Shown piece after piece: positions 49,830 to 61,181 of a stretch of 64,000 bases of DNA (the first letter of the stretch is position 1; every line of letters starts with the position of its first letter). The DNA lies in the NCBI GenBank assembly GCA_963699535.1, contig CAVOUJ010000018.1, positions 16,417 through 80,416 of the forward strand. The letters run 5' to 3'. The position numbers and the translations under genes were made by a program. Under the pieces are notes generated by a model. It made no database searches. It saw nothing but the letters and a program-made list of their open reading frames with translations, and was not told the DNA's origin. The stretch is from an uncultured beta proteobacterium (GTDB taxonomy: Bacteria > Pseudomonadota > Gammaproteobacteria > Burkholderiales > SG8-39).

Positions 49830-50312
49830 CACTTCGGCGGCGCGGCGCGTGCGCTTGCTGCCCGGCTTCTTCACCTCGAGTATCGCCTCGCGGAAGTCGT
49901 CCACGCGCTGGAAGTCCTCGTACACCGAGGCGAAGCGGATGTAGGCGACGTCGTCCATCTTCTTCAGCTCGCGCATCACCATCTCGCCGATGACGCGGCT
50001 CGGGATTTCGCGCTCGCCGAGCGCGAGGATGCGCTGCTCGATGCGGGTGATCGCCTCGTCGACGTACTCGGTCGGCACCGGCCGCTTGTGCAGGGCGCGC
50101 ATGAACCCGGTGCGGATCTTCTCGACCTCGTAGGGAACGCGGTTGCCGTTGGTCTTCACCACCATCGGCATGGAAAGCTCCACGCGCTCGTAGGTGGTGA
50201 AGCGCTTGGCGCAGGACTCGCACTGGCGCCTGCGGCGCGTGCTGTCGCCGTCCTCCGACTCGCGCGAGTCGATGACCGCAGTATCTTCGGCCTTGCAGTA
50301 AGGGCATTTCAT
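49829..50312 (-). CDS. nrdR: Transcriptional repressor NrdR (reads in-frame into ribD as assembled)
   Basis: [24 protein letters not shown] cone, [10 protein letters not shown]. Confidence 0.92.
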
Positions 50313-50319
50313 GTCAGGT

Positions 50320-50368
50320 CCACCACTCCGGCGCTTCGCGCCACCCCTCCTCTTCCGAGGAGGGGAAG
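50320..50368. repeat. REP-like intergenic palindromic element
   Basis: ccaccactccggcgcttcgcgcca followed by hairpin cccctcctc-ttcc-gaggagggg. Confidence 0.55.
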
Positions 50369-50389
50369 GGATCAGCCCGCGGCGACGCG

Positions 50390-51682
50390 CTACGCCCCGG
50401 CCGCTTCCGCCGCGCGCTGGGCATTCGCGGTTTCAGCCACCCGGTATACGGGGAAGCGCGCGCAGAGCTCCTTCGTCTCGCCGGCCACGCGCTTCAGCGT
50501 TTTTTCGTCCTGCGGAGCATCGAGCACGTCGGCGATGAGGCTCCCCATGCGCCCGGCCTCGGCCTCGCGGAAACCACGGGTCGTCATCGCGGGAGATCCC
50601 AGGCGGATGCCGCTCGTCACCGTGGGTTTCTCAGGGTCGTTGGGGATGGCGTTCTTGTTGACCGTGATGTGGGCCCTGCCGAGCGCGACTTCGGCGTCGC
50701 GACCAGTGGTGCGCTTCGCGCGCAGGTCGACGAGGAACATGTGCGAGTCGGTGCCGCCGGAGACGATGCGCAGACCGCGTTCCTGAAGGGCATTCGCCAT
50801 CGCCCTGGCATTCGCCATCACCTGCTTCTGGTAGTCGCGGAACGCGGGCTCGAGCGCTTCCTTGAAGGCCACGGCCTTGGCGGCGATGACGTGCATCAAC
50901 GGCCCGCCCTGGAGGCTCGGGAAAATGCTCGCGTTGAGTATCTTCTCGTGCTCGGCTCCCGCCAGGATCAATCCGCCGCGAGGCCCGCGCAGCGTCTTGT
51001 GCGTGGTGCTCGTCACGAAGTGCGCGATTCCTATGGGGCTGGGATAGAGGCCGGTAGCGATCAGCCCGGCGTAGTGTGCGACGTCGGCCATGAACCAGGC
51101 GCCGATGCGGTCGGCGATCGCGCGAAAGCGCTTCCAGTCGATGACCCTCGAATACGAGGAAGCGCCGGCGACGATCATTCGGGGCCGGTGCGCGTTCGCG
51201 AGCCGCTCGACTTCGTCGTAGTCGATGCGCTCGTTCGCATCGAGCCCGTAGGCATGCGCCTGAAAGATCTTCCCGCTGATGTTGACCGAAGCGCCGTGGG
51301 TGAGGTGCCCGCCGTGGGCGAGCGACATGCCGAGGATCGCGTCGCCCGGCTTCAGCACCGAAAGATACGCCGCCTGGTTCGCCTGCGCGCCCGAGTGCGG
51401 CTGCACGTTGGCGTACTCGGCGCCGAACAGCTTCTTCGCGCGGTCGATGGCGAGCTGCTCGGCGATATCGACGAATTCGCAGCCGCCGTAGTAGCGCTTG
51501 CCCGGATAGCCCTCGGCGTACTTGTTGGTGAGCTGCGAGCCCTGAGCGGCGAGCACCGCGGGGCTGACGTAGTTCTCGGAGGCGATCAGCTCGACGTGGT
51601 CTTCCTGGCGCTGGTTTTCCTGCTGTATCGCCGCCCAGAGCTCCGGGTCGACTTGATGCAGGGTCTTGTTGGGATTGAACAT
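50390..51682 (-). CDS. glyA: Serine hydroxymethyltransferase
   Basis: [34 protein letters not shown]. Confidence 0.96.
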   Translation of the reverse strand: MFNPNKTLHQVDPELWAAIQQENQRQEDHVELIASENYVSPAVLAAQGSQLTNKYAEGYPGKRYYGGCEFVDIAEQLAIDRAKKLFGAEYANVQPHSGAQANQAAYLSVLKPGDAILGMSLAHGGHLTHGASVNISGKIFQAHAYGLDANERIDYDEVERLANAHRPRMIVAGASSYSRVIDWKRFRAIADRIGAWFMADVAHYAGLIATGLYPSPIGIAHFVTSTTHKTLRGPRGGLILAGAEHEKILNASIFPSLQGGPLMHVIAAKAVAFKEALEPAFRDYQKQVMANARAMANALQERGLRIVSGGTDSHMFLVDLRAKRTTGRDAEVALGRAHITVNKNAIPNDPEKPTVTSGIRLGSPAMTTRGFREAEAGRMGSLIADVLDAPQDEKTLKRVAGETKELCARFPVYRVAETANAQRAAEAAGA

Positions 51683-51750
51683 TTCTTGGAAACCTAGGGT
51701 GGGGGTGCGAGGGCGAATATTACCATCCCCAGTGTTTCCGGGACTCAGTT

Positions 51751-54700
51751 TCATCGGCCAGCGGCACGGTTCTTCTCAGACGCCTGTGCCCTTACTGCGT
51801 CGAAGATCTCCCTCGCCAGAATCGGAAACGCCGCGCTCTGAAACTCCCGGTCGTCCATGTAGCGGGTGACGATCTTGTCGTTCTCGGCCATGCGCTCGAT
51901 CATGAGGTCCTCGATCAGCTTGCGGATGCCGAGCTCGAACTTGTCGAGCGGATTGGCGAGCGCCGTCTGGATGACCTGCTCGTTCTTGGCAGGCCTTCTC
52001 CTTGATCTGCTGGAAGAAGAGGCGGTCTTCCTCGGTGAACTGGTGCCGAAGCGTTCGTTGAGCACCTCGATGATCTCGGACAGCGGCACCTTCTCGTCCT
52101 TGGCCTTGCCGGTGCCGACATCGGTCGGGCTCTTGACGTACTGCGCCTCGCCCTCCTTGAGCGTCGATCGCGCCCGAGAAGACGCGCTCCAGCCGGTAGT
52201 ACTGCAAGCGCCACCTCGTCGCCGACCTTGATCGATCGTCGTGTCGCGGTCGAGCGGCAGATGCGGCAGCAGGAACCGTCCGTAGCTGTAGAGCATCTCC
52301 AGGTCCGGATCGGCGTAGGGGATGATCTGGCTCAGGAACGCGTAGATCTTCACGTAGCCGCCGAGCTTCTCGCGGAACTCCTCGCGCTTGTCTTCGTCCT
52401 CGATCGCCTTGAAGCGGTCCACGGCCGGCTGCAGGTGCCGCTGCATGTGCGCGTGGTCGGCGGCGCTCTGCCGCTCCGTCGGCTTGTAGAAGACTCTGCG
52501 CGAAGGCCTCGACCTCGCTCCAGTGGTAGACCTGCGCCTGATCGAGCTCGTGCTTCAGCGCTTCGAGCTGCGCGGGATCGGACGCCTCCTGCCAGGCTCG
52601 GTCGTGTCGTAGTAGGGCTTGAACGCGCGGTAGATGTTCTCCGGCGTCGTTGACGAAGTCGAGCACGAACGGCGCGTCCTTGCCGGGAATCATGCGGTTG
52701 AGCCGCGAAAGCGTCTGCACCGCCTGCACGCCGTCGAGCCGCTTGTCCACGTACATCGTGTGCAGCAGCGGCTGGTCGAAGCCGGTCTGGTACTTGTTGG
52801 CGACCAGCAGGACCTGGTAGTCCGGCGAGTCGAAGCGCTCGGGCAGCTGCGCTCTCGCTGATCGGCTTGCCGGTGACGACGTCGGTGTTCATGCCCGGCT
52901 CGGTGTACTCGAGGCCCGTCTCCGGGTCGCGCACCGTGCCGCTGAAGGCCACCAGCGGCCGGATGTCGGTGTAGCCGTTCTCCGCGATGTAGCGCTCGAA
53001 CGCCAGCATGTAGCGCACGGCGTGCAGGCGCGACGACGTGACCACCATCGCCTTGGCCCGCCCGCCGAGCCGGTGCTTCACGCTGCGGCGGAAGTGCTCG
53101 ACCATCACCTCGGTCTTCTGCTCGATGTTGTGCGGGTGCAGGCTCATGAACTTGGCCAGCGCCCGCGCCGCCTTCTTCTTCGGCAGCTCGGGATCGTCCT
53201 CGGCCGCCTTGAGCAGCCGGTAGTAGGTGGCGTAGGTCGTGTAGTTCGTCAGCACGTCGAGGATGAAGCCCTCCTCGATCGCCTGCCGCATGCTGTAGAT
53301 GTGGAAGGCCTCCGGCTTGCCGCTCGGCGCCCGGCCGCCCGAACAGCTCCAGCGTCTTGCCCTTGGGCGTGGCGGTGAAGGCGAAGAAGCTCAGGTTCGG
53401 CTGCCGCCCGCGCGACTGCATGACCTGGTTCAGCCGGTCTTCCCAGTCCGGCTTCGCCCTCGTCGTTCTCGTCTGCCGCCGCGCCGAGGATCGCCTTCAG
53501 CTCGCGCGCCGTCTCGCCGGTCTGGCTGGAGTGCGCCTCGTCCACGATCACGGCGTACTTGCGCTTGCGCGATCGCCGCCTCCCACGCCTTCGCCTGCTG
53601 CCTTCTCCTCCGTCGGTCGCCTTCTCCTGGCTCTCGGCGCCGGCCGCGTGCAGCAGGCCGCGCAGCACGAAGGGGAACTTCTGCAGCGTGGTGATGACGA
53701 TCTTGGTGCCGTCGATCAGCGCCGCCGCGAGCTGCTTGCGAGTCCTGGTCGATCGCCTTGACCACGCCCTGCGCGTGCTCGATCTGGTAGATCGCGTCCT
53801 GAAGCTGCTGGTCGAGCACGCGCCGGTCGGTGATGACGATGACGCAGTCGAAGACCTTCGCGGTCCTGCGCGTCGTGCAGGCTCGCCAGCCGGTGCGAGA
53901 GCCAGGAGATGCTGTTGGTCTTGCCGCTGCCCGCCGAGTGCTGGATCAGGTAGTTGCGGCCCGGCCCTTCGCCGCGCGCCGCGGCGACGAGCTTCCGCAC
54001 CGCGTCGAGCTGGTGGTAGCGCGGGAAGATCATCGTCTCCTTGGTGACCCGCCGCTGGCCGCCCTTGCCGTCGTCGACCTTCTCCTCCTTCTTCTCGACG
54101 AACATGAAGTGCCCGAGGATGTCGAGGAAGCTGTCGCGCTGCAGCACCTCTTCCCAGAAGTAGCCGGTGCGGTAGCCGGACGGATGCTGCGGGTTGCCCG
54201 CGCCGCACTGCACCTCGCCCGGATGGCTGCCGCGGTTGAAGGGCAGGAAGTGCGTCTCCTCGCCGCGCAGCCGCGTGGTCATGTGGACTTCGTCCGGGTC
54301 GGCGGCGAAGTGCACCAGCGCGCGCGTCTTGAACTCGAACAGCGGCGCGCGCGGGTCGCGGTCCTCCTGGTACTGCCGCACCGGCATGGCGCCAGCTCTG
54401 GCCGGTGCCGGGATTCTTCAGCTCGCAGGTCGCGACCGGCAGGCCGTTCACCGCGAAGACGCAGGTCGACCGTGTCGTGCTTGCCCGGGATGGCAGGGCA
54501 CCTGGCGCGTGACCGTCAGCCGGTTCTTGCGCGTAGAGCGCCAGCACCTCGTCGTTCAGGCCGTGCGCCGGCTTGAAGTAGGCGAGGCGGAAGGTCTTGC
54601 CGTAGAACTTGAAGCCGTGCCGCAGGACGTGGAGCGTGCCCTTGAGGTCCAGCTCCTTGACCAGCGCGTTGAGGAGCAGGTCTTCCAGGCCCGCGCCGTG

Positions 54701-54881
54701 CAGCGTCTGCATCTCGGCCCAGAGCTTCGGTTGCGTCTCCTCGATGAAGCGAAAGGATTCGCGCCGGGAAGAGCGCGCGCTCCTCGTCCCATTCCGCAAG
54801 GTCGCCGGATTGCCAGCGAGACTTCTCCTTGAGGATCGTCTCGACATAGGTTTCAAACGCCTTTTCGTTGGTCTGGGCCAC
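51751..54881 (-). CDS. hsdR: Type I restriction endonuclease subunit R (many frameshifts)
   Basis: [57 protein letters not shown]. Confidence 0.88.
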
Positions 54882-54882
54882 G

Positions 54883-55395
54883 TCAGGACTTCCAAGTGAA
54901 GCGCACGCCGAGCTTCTCCAGCATCTCGAAGGTGTCGATGCAGGGAACCTCGAACGCGGCGCACACGTCCGGAATCTTGACCTCTTTCTTCGACTCGGGT
55001 GCGGCAACTTCCTGGGTCACCACCGTCAGCCCGTGCTCGCCGGCATGCGCGACCAGCCACCCGTCCGGCACCATCGCGAATTCCGCGAGGGCTTCAGGGC
55101 GATAGCGGTTCTGCGCTCCCGCCCAGCTGATGATCTTGCCGTAGCGGTCTCCGACCGTCTTGCTGTTTGTCGACTCGAAAAAAGTGGAAGGGGATTTGTT
55201 CTTCACCCATTCCCGCAGCTCGTCCTTGCCCTCTTCGATTTCCTTGCGGATTCGGTCGATGCTCGAGATGACGCCCTGTTTGTGATGCCACACCAGGCAG
55301 TCCCAGAAGCCCGGGCAAACATCGAACCTGTAGTAGCGGCGGTGCGCTTCCATCAGCACGCTCGCGTCGAGAAGATAGCGAGCGCGCCGCGCCAT
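54883..55395 (-). CDS. DUF4411 family PIN-domain protein
   Basis: YLLDASVL, YYRFDVCPGFW, DGWLVA, VVTQE, KIPDVC. Confidence 0.82.
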   Translation of the reverse strand: MARRARYLLDASVLMEAHRRYYRFDVCPGFWDCLVWHHKQGVISSIDRIRKEIEEGKDELREWVKNKSPSTFFESTNSKTVGDRYGKIISWAGAQNRYRPEALAEFAMVPDGWLVAHAGEHGLTVVTQEVAAPESKKEVKIPDVCAAFEVPCIDTFEMLEKLGVRFTWKS

Positions 55396-55396
55396 G

Positions 55397-56551
55397 TCAG
55401 AGACTGATACCCAGATCTTTCGCGTACTTGTCGAAGGTCACCCCATGCAGCCCGGTGAGGCTGTACGCCTCCCTGAAGAGCAGACGGCCTTCCTTCGCGG
55501 CGGACATCACCGCGCGCGCGAATCGCTTGCCCAGGCGGACGTTCTGGTTGTTGTAGAAATCGCCTCCGCCCTTTGCCTTCGCGGCCTGTCTGCGCTCGTC
55601 GGCCTGGTACGCCCGATAGAAATCGAAGAACGCATCGCGCCCGATCAAGTCCAGATCGAGCGCGCGCCGCGCGGCAACGATGGGGCTGACCTTGAATTCG
55701 CGCGCGAGTGCCTGGAAGGGTTCAGGCTGAGCTTTCGCACGCACCCAGAGTTCTCTGAGTTCTGCAGCCGGAACGAGAAACTCGGCCGCCACGCGGTTGC
55801 AGAAGACTTCACGCCGGTCGCCTTCCGCGTGAAGGTCCGGAAGATCGAAGATGCCGCCCTCGCCGATCCACAGGTGCGCCAGCTCGTGCGCGAGCGTGAA
55901 CATCTGCGCAGAACGCGCGTCCGCGCCGTTAATGAACACCAGCGGCGCGTACTCATCCGAGAGCACGAAGCCTCTGAACTCGCTCGGGTCGAGCTTGCGG
56001 TGCGTGTCGTTGCCCACGACGCCGTTGATGACGACGAGGATGCCAGCCGCTTCTGCCGCCTCCCGCAAGACACTCAGCGCTTCAGTCCACGTTCCTATCC
56101 GGCCCGCCCAGCCGTCGCCCATGCCGAGCGTCCGGCGAACGTTCCTTGCGACGGATTCGATGTTGTCTGCGAGCTTGGCAGCGCCGATGTACGACTGACG
56201 CTCATGTCCCATTTCAATCAAGTAGTCGCGCATCCAAGCCTGCCGGCGCTGCATTGTGTGCAGCGTATCGATCAGATTCGGACTGGCACGCCTGATCGGC
56301 TGGTCGCGGGCAGTCCTAAAGTCCGGGACCGGCAGCTTTTCCTCCGGCGGCTCGGACAAGAAGAAATACCCGAGCGGCGTCCACGTCTTCTTCGCCAGCG
56401 TCTCGAGCTGCTTGAGCGTCGGCTGCGCGTCGCCGGACTCCCACTGCCCGATCCGGGGGAAATAGCGCGCGAGCGCCTCGAGGCTGCGGCCGGAGCGCTC
56501 GATCGCCCAGCGGATCAGCTCGGGGTTGACGTTAATGCTTTGTTCGGCCAC
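55397..56551 (-). CDS. Xre-HTH + ImmA/IrrE (COG2856) zinc metallopeptidase
   Basis: N-terminal WESGDAQPTLKQLE HTH, FRGF, FTLAHELAH (HExxH), EVFCNRVAAEFLVP. Confidence 0.88.
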   Translation of the reverse strand: MAEQSINVNPELIRWAIERSGRSLEALARYFPRIGQWESGDAQPTLKQLETLAKKTWTPLGYFFLSEPPEEKLPVPDFRTARDQPIRRASPNLIDTLHTMQRRQAWMRDYLIEMGHERQSYIGAAKLADNIESVARNVRRTLGMGDGWAGRIGTWTEALSVLREAAEAAGILVVINGVVGNDTHRKLDPSEFRGFVLSDEYAPLVFINGADARSAQMFTLAHELAHLWIGEGGIFDLPDLHAEGDRREVFCNRVAAEFLVPAAELRELWVRAKAQPEPFQALAREFKVSPIVAARRALDLDLIGRDAFFDFYRAYQADERRQAAKAKGGGDFYNNQNVRLGKRFARAVMSAAKEGRLLFREAYSLTGLHGVTFDKYAKDLGISL

Positions 56552-56557
56552 GGGATT

Positions 56558-57940
56558 TCAGGAAACGCTCGCCACCTCAATCCTATTATCGTGGGTCTGA
56601 CCCCGCACGTCGATTTTGCCCGTGACTGCTGCGGTAATCAGGGCGGTGCGGTACTCCTGAAGGCGCTCGATGACCGCGTCCACCTTCAGCATCATGCGAT
56701 CGAGGTTCGCGGTCTCGTGATCCAGATAGTCGGCGATGACCGCTTGTTCGGAAAGTGGAGGAAACGGGAACGAGAAGTCCACAGCATGGCTGATGTTGAA
56801 CTGTTTTTGTGCCGCGCCGTATTGAACGATCTCGATCTGGTCACGGCCAATCTGAGAATTTAAGGCATACATCAACCACCGTGAATTGAACCGCTCGTGT
56901 CTGCGAACGATCATCATCGACGCGCAGTTGGCGCCTTCCAGTTCAGGAGGGACCACGGCAGCAACACCGGGATACCCGACACGCACGACAACCAAGTCCC
57001 CAGAGTTCAGTCGGCTCTTTCTCAACGGTCCATCACTCACTTCCGGCGTACATCTATCGCAATCCGAGGTATCGATGGAGCCCTCATGAATATCCCCGCC
57101 AAGCAAGAACGGAACGCCTTCATCGCTGACGTAACTCGAGGGGTTGACGACGACCCCAACAGTAATTCCGTCCGAGATATGCCGAAGGCGCCTTATATGC
57201 CAATGCTCAGGTACATCGCCAATCCATGCAATGCCGGACGGTTTGAATTTGCGCCTTGCGGCCAACAGATGGCCTCGAGCAACGACGCGCGAGACGAGCG
57301 CGGCACGTTTTTCCTTTAGCCGCTCGGTCAACTCGCGCTTCTTCGCGACCAGCGTGTCAATTCTTACGGTCTCAAAATCCAGGAAGTCGGCAATGGCGCG
57401 CTGTTCATCGAGCGAAGGCACGGGAAACCAAGCCTCGCCAATCGATGACTTTGGCAATCCATAACGCGTAATTCCGGTCGCAGCCATTTGAAACTGCTGG
57501 TTGACCGCAGATGCCTGCATAGTGCGCAGTAGAAACCTAGGAAGAAGAACGTCCTGCCTTGGCCGAATGACAGCGAGGTGATATCCGCAAACGAGGTCTG
57601 GCGCCGATTCAACGACAAGCGCAGGTACTGCGATATCGTTCCACTCTTCCGAGTCTTTGGTAATCAGTACATCACCAACTCGTAAAGCGAAGCGAACGAT
57701 CTCATCTGGGGTGGCCGTCGTTTCCATAAGGCCCATGTCGGGGCGAATCTCGTCGTTGTAATAGACGTCCGTATAGTTACAGAGCCGCACTGGCAACTCG
57801 TCGTCCGATGGCACCTTGTCCACATTGCTAACCCAAGATGTCGCCGCCGTTTTCAACCGCTTCACGTCCCAATACTCCGGTACGTTGCCAAGCCATTCGA
57901 CGCCGCTCGGTTTGTATCGTGAGTAGGGCTTGCATCGCAC
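56558..57940 (-). CDS. hsdS: Type I R-M specificity subunit S
   Basis: Duplicated YKPSGVEWLG/FKPSGIAWIG, PSLDEQ/PPLSEQ, ALITAAVTGKIDV; visibly lower GC. Confidence 0.92.
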   Translation of the reverse strand: MRCKPYSRYKPSGVEWLGNVPEYWDVKRLKTAATSWVSNVDKVPSDDELPVRLCNYTDVYYNDEIRPDMGLMETTATPDEIVRFALRVGDVLITKDSEEWNDIAVPALVVESAPDLVCGYHLAVIRPRQDVLLPRFLLRTMQASAVNQQFQMAATGITRYGLPKSSIGEAWFPVPSLDEQRAIADFLDFETVRIDTLVAKKRELTERLKEKRAALVSRVVARGHLLAARRKFKPSGIAWIGDVPEHWHIRRLRHISDGITVGVVVNPSSYVSDEGVPFLLGGDIHEGSIDTSDCDRCTPEVSDGPLRKSRLNSGDLVVVRVGYPGVAAVVPPELEGANCASMMIVRRHERFNSRWLMYALNSQIGRDQIEIVQYGAAQKQFNISHAVDFSFPFPPLSEQAVIADYLDHETANLDRMMLKVDAVIERLQEYRTALITAAVTGKIDVRGQTHDNRIEVASVS

Positions 57941-57968
57941 GGCTAGGCCTTTTCGTGCCTGATATCGC

Positions 57969-60083
57969 TCACGCTGTAGTCTCCTTCAGCATTGCGACGA
58001 TTTCGGTTTCCAGGATTTCGATGTCCGTCTCGATGTCCTCCAGTGGCCGCGGCGGTTCATAGCGGTAGAAATGCCGGTTGAGCGGGATTTCGTAGCCGAC
58101 TTTGGTCTTGCTCTCGTCGATCCAGGCATCCGGCACGTGCGGCAAGACTTCGCGCTTGAAATAGGCCTCGATGTTTTCTTTCAGCGGCACGTTTTCGGTG
58201 TCGCGCAGATCCGGATCGGGCTCGGGGTTGCCGTTGCGGTCGCGGCAGATTTCGGCGGTTTCGTCGCGCTCGCCGAGCGCGTTCAGGACGGCTTTGAGTT
58301 CCGCCGCGTTCAGACGCACGCCGCGCTTCGCGGTCGACGGCCTTCAGGTCGGTCAGGAACTCCTTGCGGTCTTTGTAGAGCTTCTCGCCGGTCTCCTCGC
58401 CAAAGTCGCGGAGCAGCTCGCGGATGGCTTCTTGCCGCTGTCTGACCGTCTTCGATTTCTTCGCAGCCGCGCTTCTTCGTTCTTCTTGTTGCTGGTAGCG
58501 AGATTCTTGAAGCCGGATTCCTCGTTCCAGCCGCGCGATGCGCTCGGCGGTCGCCTGAAAGTTCAGCCGCAGCGGACGCTCGACGGTGATCTTGTGGAAG
58601 CCGAAGTCCTCGTTGTCGAAGACCTTGCTGACGACGAGCGTCTTTTCCTGTGCCGTCGATCGGTGAACTTGCGCGTCTCGCCGTCCTGGAAGTCGCCGTA
58701 GATGCGCGTGATCTCGCCGATCTGGTCGGGCTCGCCCTCGTCCTTGTCGCCGATGCTTGTTGCGTTTGTTGCCGAGGCTCTTCCTCATCTTGACGAAGAA
58801 CTGGCGCGCGTCGATGAGCTGAATCTTTCCCTTGCGCTGCTGTCTCCTTGCGGTTGGTGAGCACCCAGATGTAGGTCGAGATGCCGGTGTTGTAGAAGAG
58901 CTGGTCGGGCAGCGCGACGATCGGCCTCCAGCCAGTCGTTTTCGATGATCCACTGGCGGATGTTGCTCTCGCCGCTGCCGGCGTCGCCGGTGAAGAGCGG
59001 CGAGCCGTTGAAGACGATGCCGATGCGGCTGCCGCCCTCCTTCGGCGCGCTGCATCTTCGAGAGCATGTGCTGGAGGAAAAGCAGCGAGCCGTCGTTGAT
59101 GCGCGGCAGTCCGGCGCCGAAACGGCCGTCGTAGCCGAGCGTGTCGTGCTCCTTCTCGATGAAGCTCGCTGCTGCTGTTTCCACTCCACGCCGAACGGCG
59201 GATTGGCGAGCATGTAGTCGAACGTGCACTTCTTGCCTTTCTCGTCGCGGTCGAACGCCGTCCTTGGTGAAGCTGTCGCCGAGCACGATGTTGTCGGCAT
59301 CCTCGCCCTTGATCAGCATGTCGGACTTGCAGACGGCCCAGGCTTCGTCGTTCCAGTCCTGCCCGAAGAGATGCGGATTGGCGTCTGCGTTGAGGTCGCG
59401 GATGTACTTTTCTGCGACCGACAGCATTCCGCCGGTGCCGCAGGCAGGGTCATAGATAGTTTTCACGACGTGGCTACGCCGCAAGTCCTTTTCCGGAGAA
59501 AGCAGCAGGTTCACCATCAACTTGATCACCTCGCGCGGCGTGAAGTGCTCACCTGCCTCCTCGTTCGACTGCTCCGCGCCGATGCGGATCAGCTCCTCGA
59601 AGACGTAGCCCATCTGCACGTTGTCCACGTGCTCGGACGAAAGGTCGAGACTTGCGAACTTCTTGACCACCTCGAAAAGCAGATTCTTCTCGCGCCATGC
59701 GTGCGATCTGCTCATCGAAGGCGAACCGCTCCATGATGTCGCGCACGTTTGCCGAGAAACTTGTTGATGTAGCCGTTGAGGTTGGGCGCGAGCTGGTTGG
59801 GGTCGTCGAGCAGCTTCGCGAAGTCGAGCCTGGAAAGGTTGTAGAAGGGCCGCTGGGTGATCTTCTGCAGCAGACTGCGGACGACGTTCTCCGGCTTGCT
59901 CTTGATCGCGGGATATTCCTCAAGGACCTTCGCCTTGGTGGACGCCAGCAGGCAATCGAAGCGCCGCAGCACCGTCAGCGGCAGGATCACCTTGCGGTAT
60001 TCATTGCGCTTGTACGGTCCCCGGAGCAGGTTGCAGATGCTCCAGATGAAGTTCGCGAGCTGCGAATGAGTTTCGGCGTTCAT
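57969..60083 (-). CDS. hsdM: Type I R-M N6-adenine methyltransferase M (many frameshifts)
   Basis: ILPLTVLRRFD, GEHFTPREV, YDPACGTGGML, NPPFG, KVGYEIP. Confidence 0.88.
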
Positions 60084-60158
60084 TCCTTGCTCTTATGGCT
60101 CGCCAAGCTACGATTGTAGCGGTTTGCCGCCGCGACGCCGCCCGTTCAGACTGCTGAT

Positions 60159-60251
60159 CTACTTCCTTGCCTCGACCTGCGCCGCCTCCCACAGGCGCCT
60201 TTCCAGCGCGTGGTTGGCGTCGTCTTTCTCGGTCGGTGCGACCCAGCGCAT
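60159..60251 (-). pseudogene. 30-aa remnant resembling the N-terminus of another HsdM
   Basis: RBS GGGGAGG then MRWVAPTEKDDANHALERRLWEAAQVEARK*; LE.RLW.AA is the HsdM N-terminal motif. Confidence 0.55.
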
Positions 60252-60264
60252 GAAGCCCTCCCCT

Positions 60265-60567
60265 TCAAGCAGCCTTCAGCACCTCGACCTCCCGGTCGAG
60301 CTTGCCCGCAATCGCGTCCTTCGCGACCTCCAGATCGTAGTGCGACTGGAGGTTCATCCACATCTGCGCCTCCATGCCGAAGAATTTTCCGAGCCGCAAC
60401 GCAGTGTCGGCGGTGACGGCGCGCTTGCCTTGGACGATTTCGTTGATGCGTCGAGGCGGCACCGCGATGCCCTTGGCAAGACGGTGCTGAGTGATGCCTA
60501 AGGGCCGAAGAAACTCCTCCGCGAGAATCTCTCCGGGGTGAATGGGAGGCAACTTGCGCTTGGCCAT
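60265..60567 (-). CDS. higA: HigA family antitoxin (orphan)
   Basis: [33 protein letters not shown]. Confidence 0.9.
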   Translation of the reverse strand: MAKRKLPPIHPGEILAEEFLRPLGITQHRLAKGIAVPPRRINEIVQGKRAVTADTALRLGKFFGMEAQMWMNLQSHYDLEVAKDAIAGKLDREVEVLKAA

Positions 60568-60636
60568 GATGTTTCTCCGTCAGCGCCGGGTGGGTCGTCA
60601 ACGCAGCCGGGGCCGATGCGTTTGTCGGGTGGTGTC

Positions 60637-61176
60637 ATGAAAACACAGCCCCGTACTGCAGACGGCATCGATGCACGCATTGTACTTGTGCGCGGCCACA
60701 AGGCGATACTCGACCGGGATCTTGCCGACCTCTACAGGGTCCCTGTGCGGTCGCTCAATCAGGCCGTGACGCGCAACCTCGATCGTTTTCCGGAAGATTT
60801 CATGATTCAGCTCGAGTGGGAAGAGATGGAATCTTTAAGATCACAGATTGTGATCATAGACAGGAGCCCGGAGCGCGGCGGCCGCCGCGGCATGCACCTC
60901 AAGTACCCGCCTCGCGCCTTCACCGAGCAGGGCGTCGCCATGCTTTCCTCCGTGCTGCGAAGCAAGCGCGCGGTGCAGGTCAACATTGAGATCATGCGCG
61001 CCTTCGTGCGCCTGCGTGCTCTGCTCGCCTCCAACGCCGATCTGGCGCGAAAGTTCGCCGCGCTCGAAAAGAAATATGACGCCCAATTCAAAACCGTGTT
61101 CGACGCCATCCGAGAACTGATGGCACCGCCGGAGCCGAAGTCCAGGCGCCGGATCGGATTCATTTCCGGAGACTAG
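60637..61176 (+). CDS. ORF6N (KilA-N-related) DNA-binding domain protein
   Basis: [44 protein letters not shown]. Confidence 0.85.
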   Translation: MKTQPRTADGIDARIVLVRGHKAILDRDLADLYRVPVRSLNQAVTRNLDRFPEDFMIQLEWEEMESLRSQIVIIDRSPERGGRRGMHLKYPPRAFTEQGVAMLSSVLRSKRAVQVNIEIMRAFVRLRALLASNADLARKFAALEKKYDAQFKTVFDAIRELMAPPEPKSRRRIGFISGD

Positions 61177-61181
61177 GGAAG

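Noticed and set aside
60637-61176. ORF6N gene as evidence of a prophage
   Set aside because: No phage structural or replication genes nearby; stand-alone ORF6N genes are common in bacterial chromosomes
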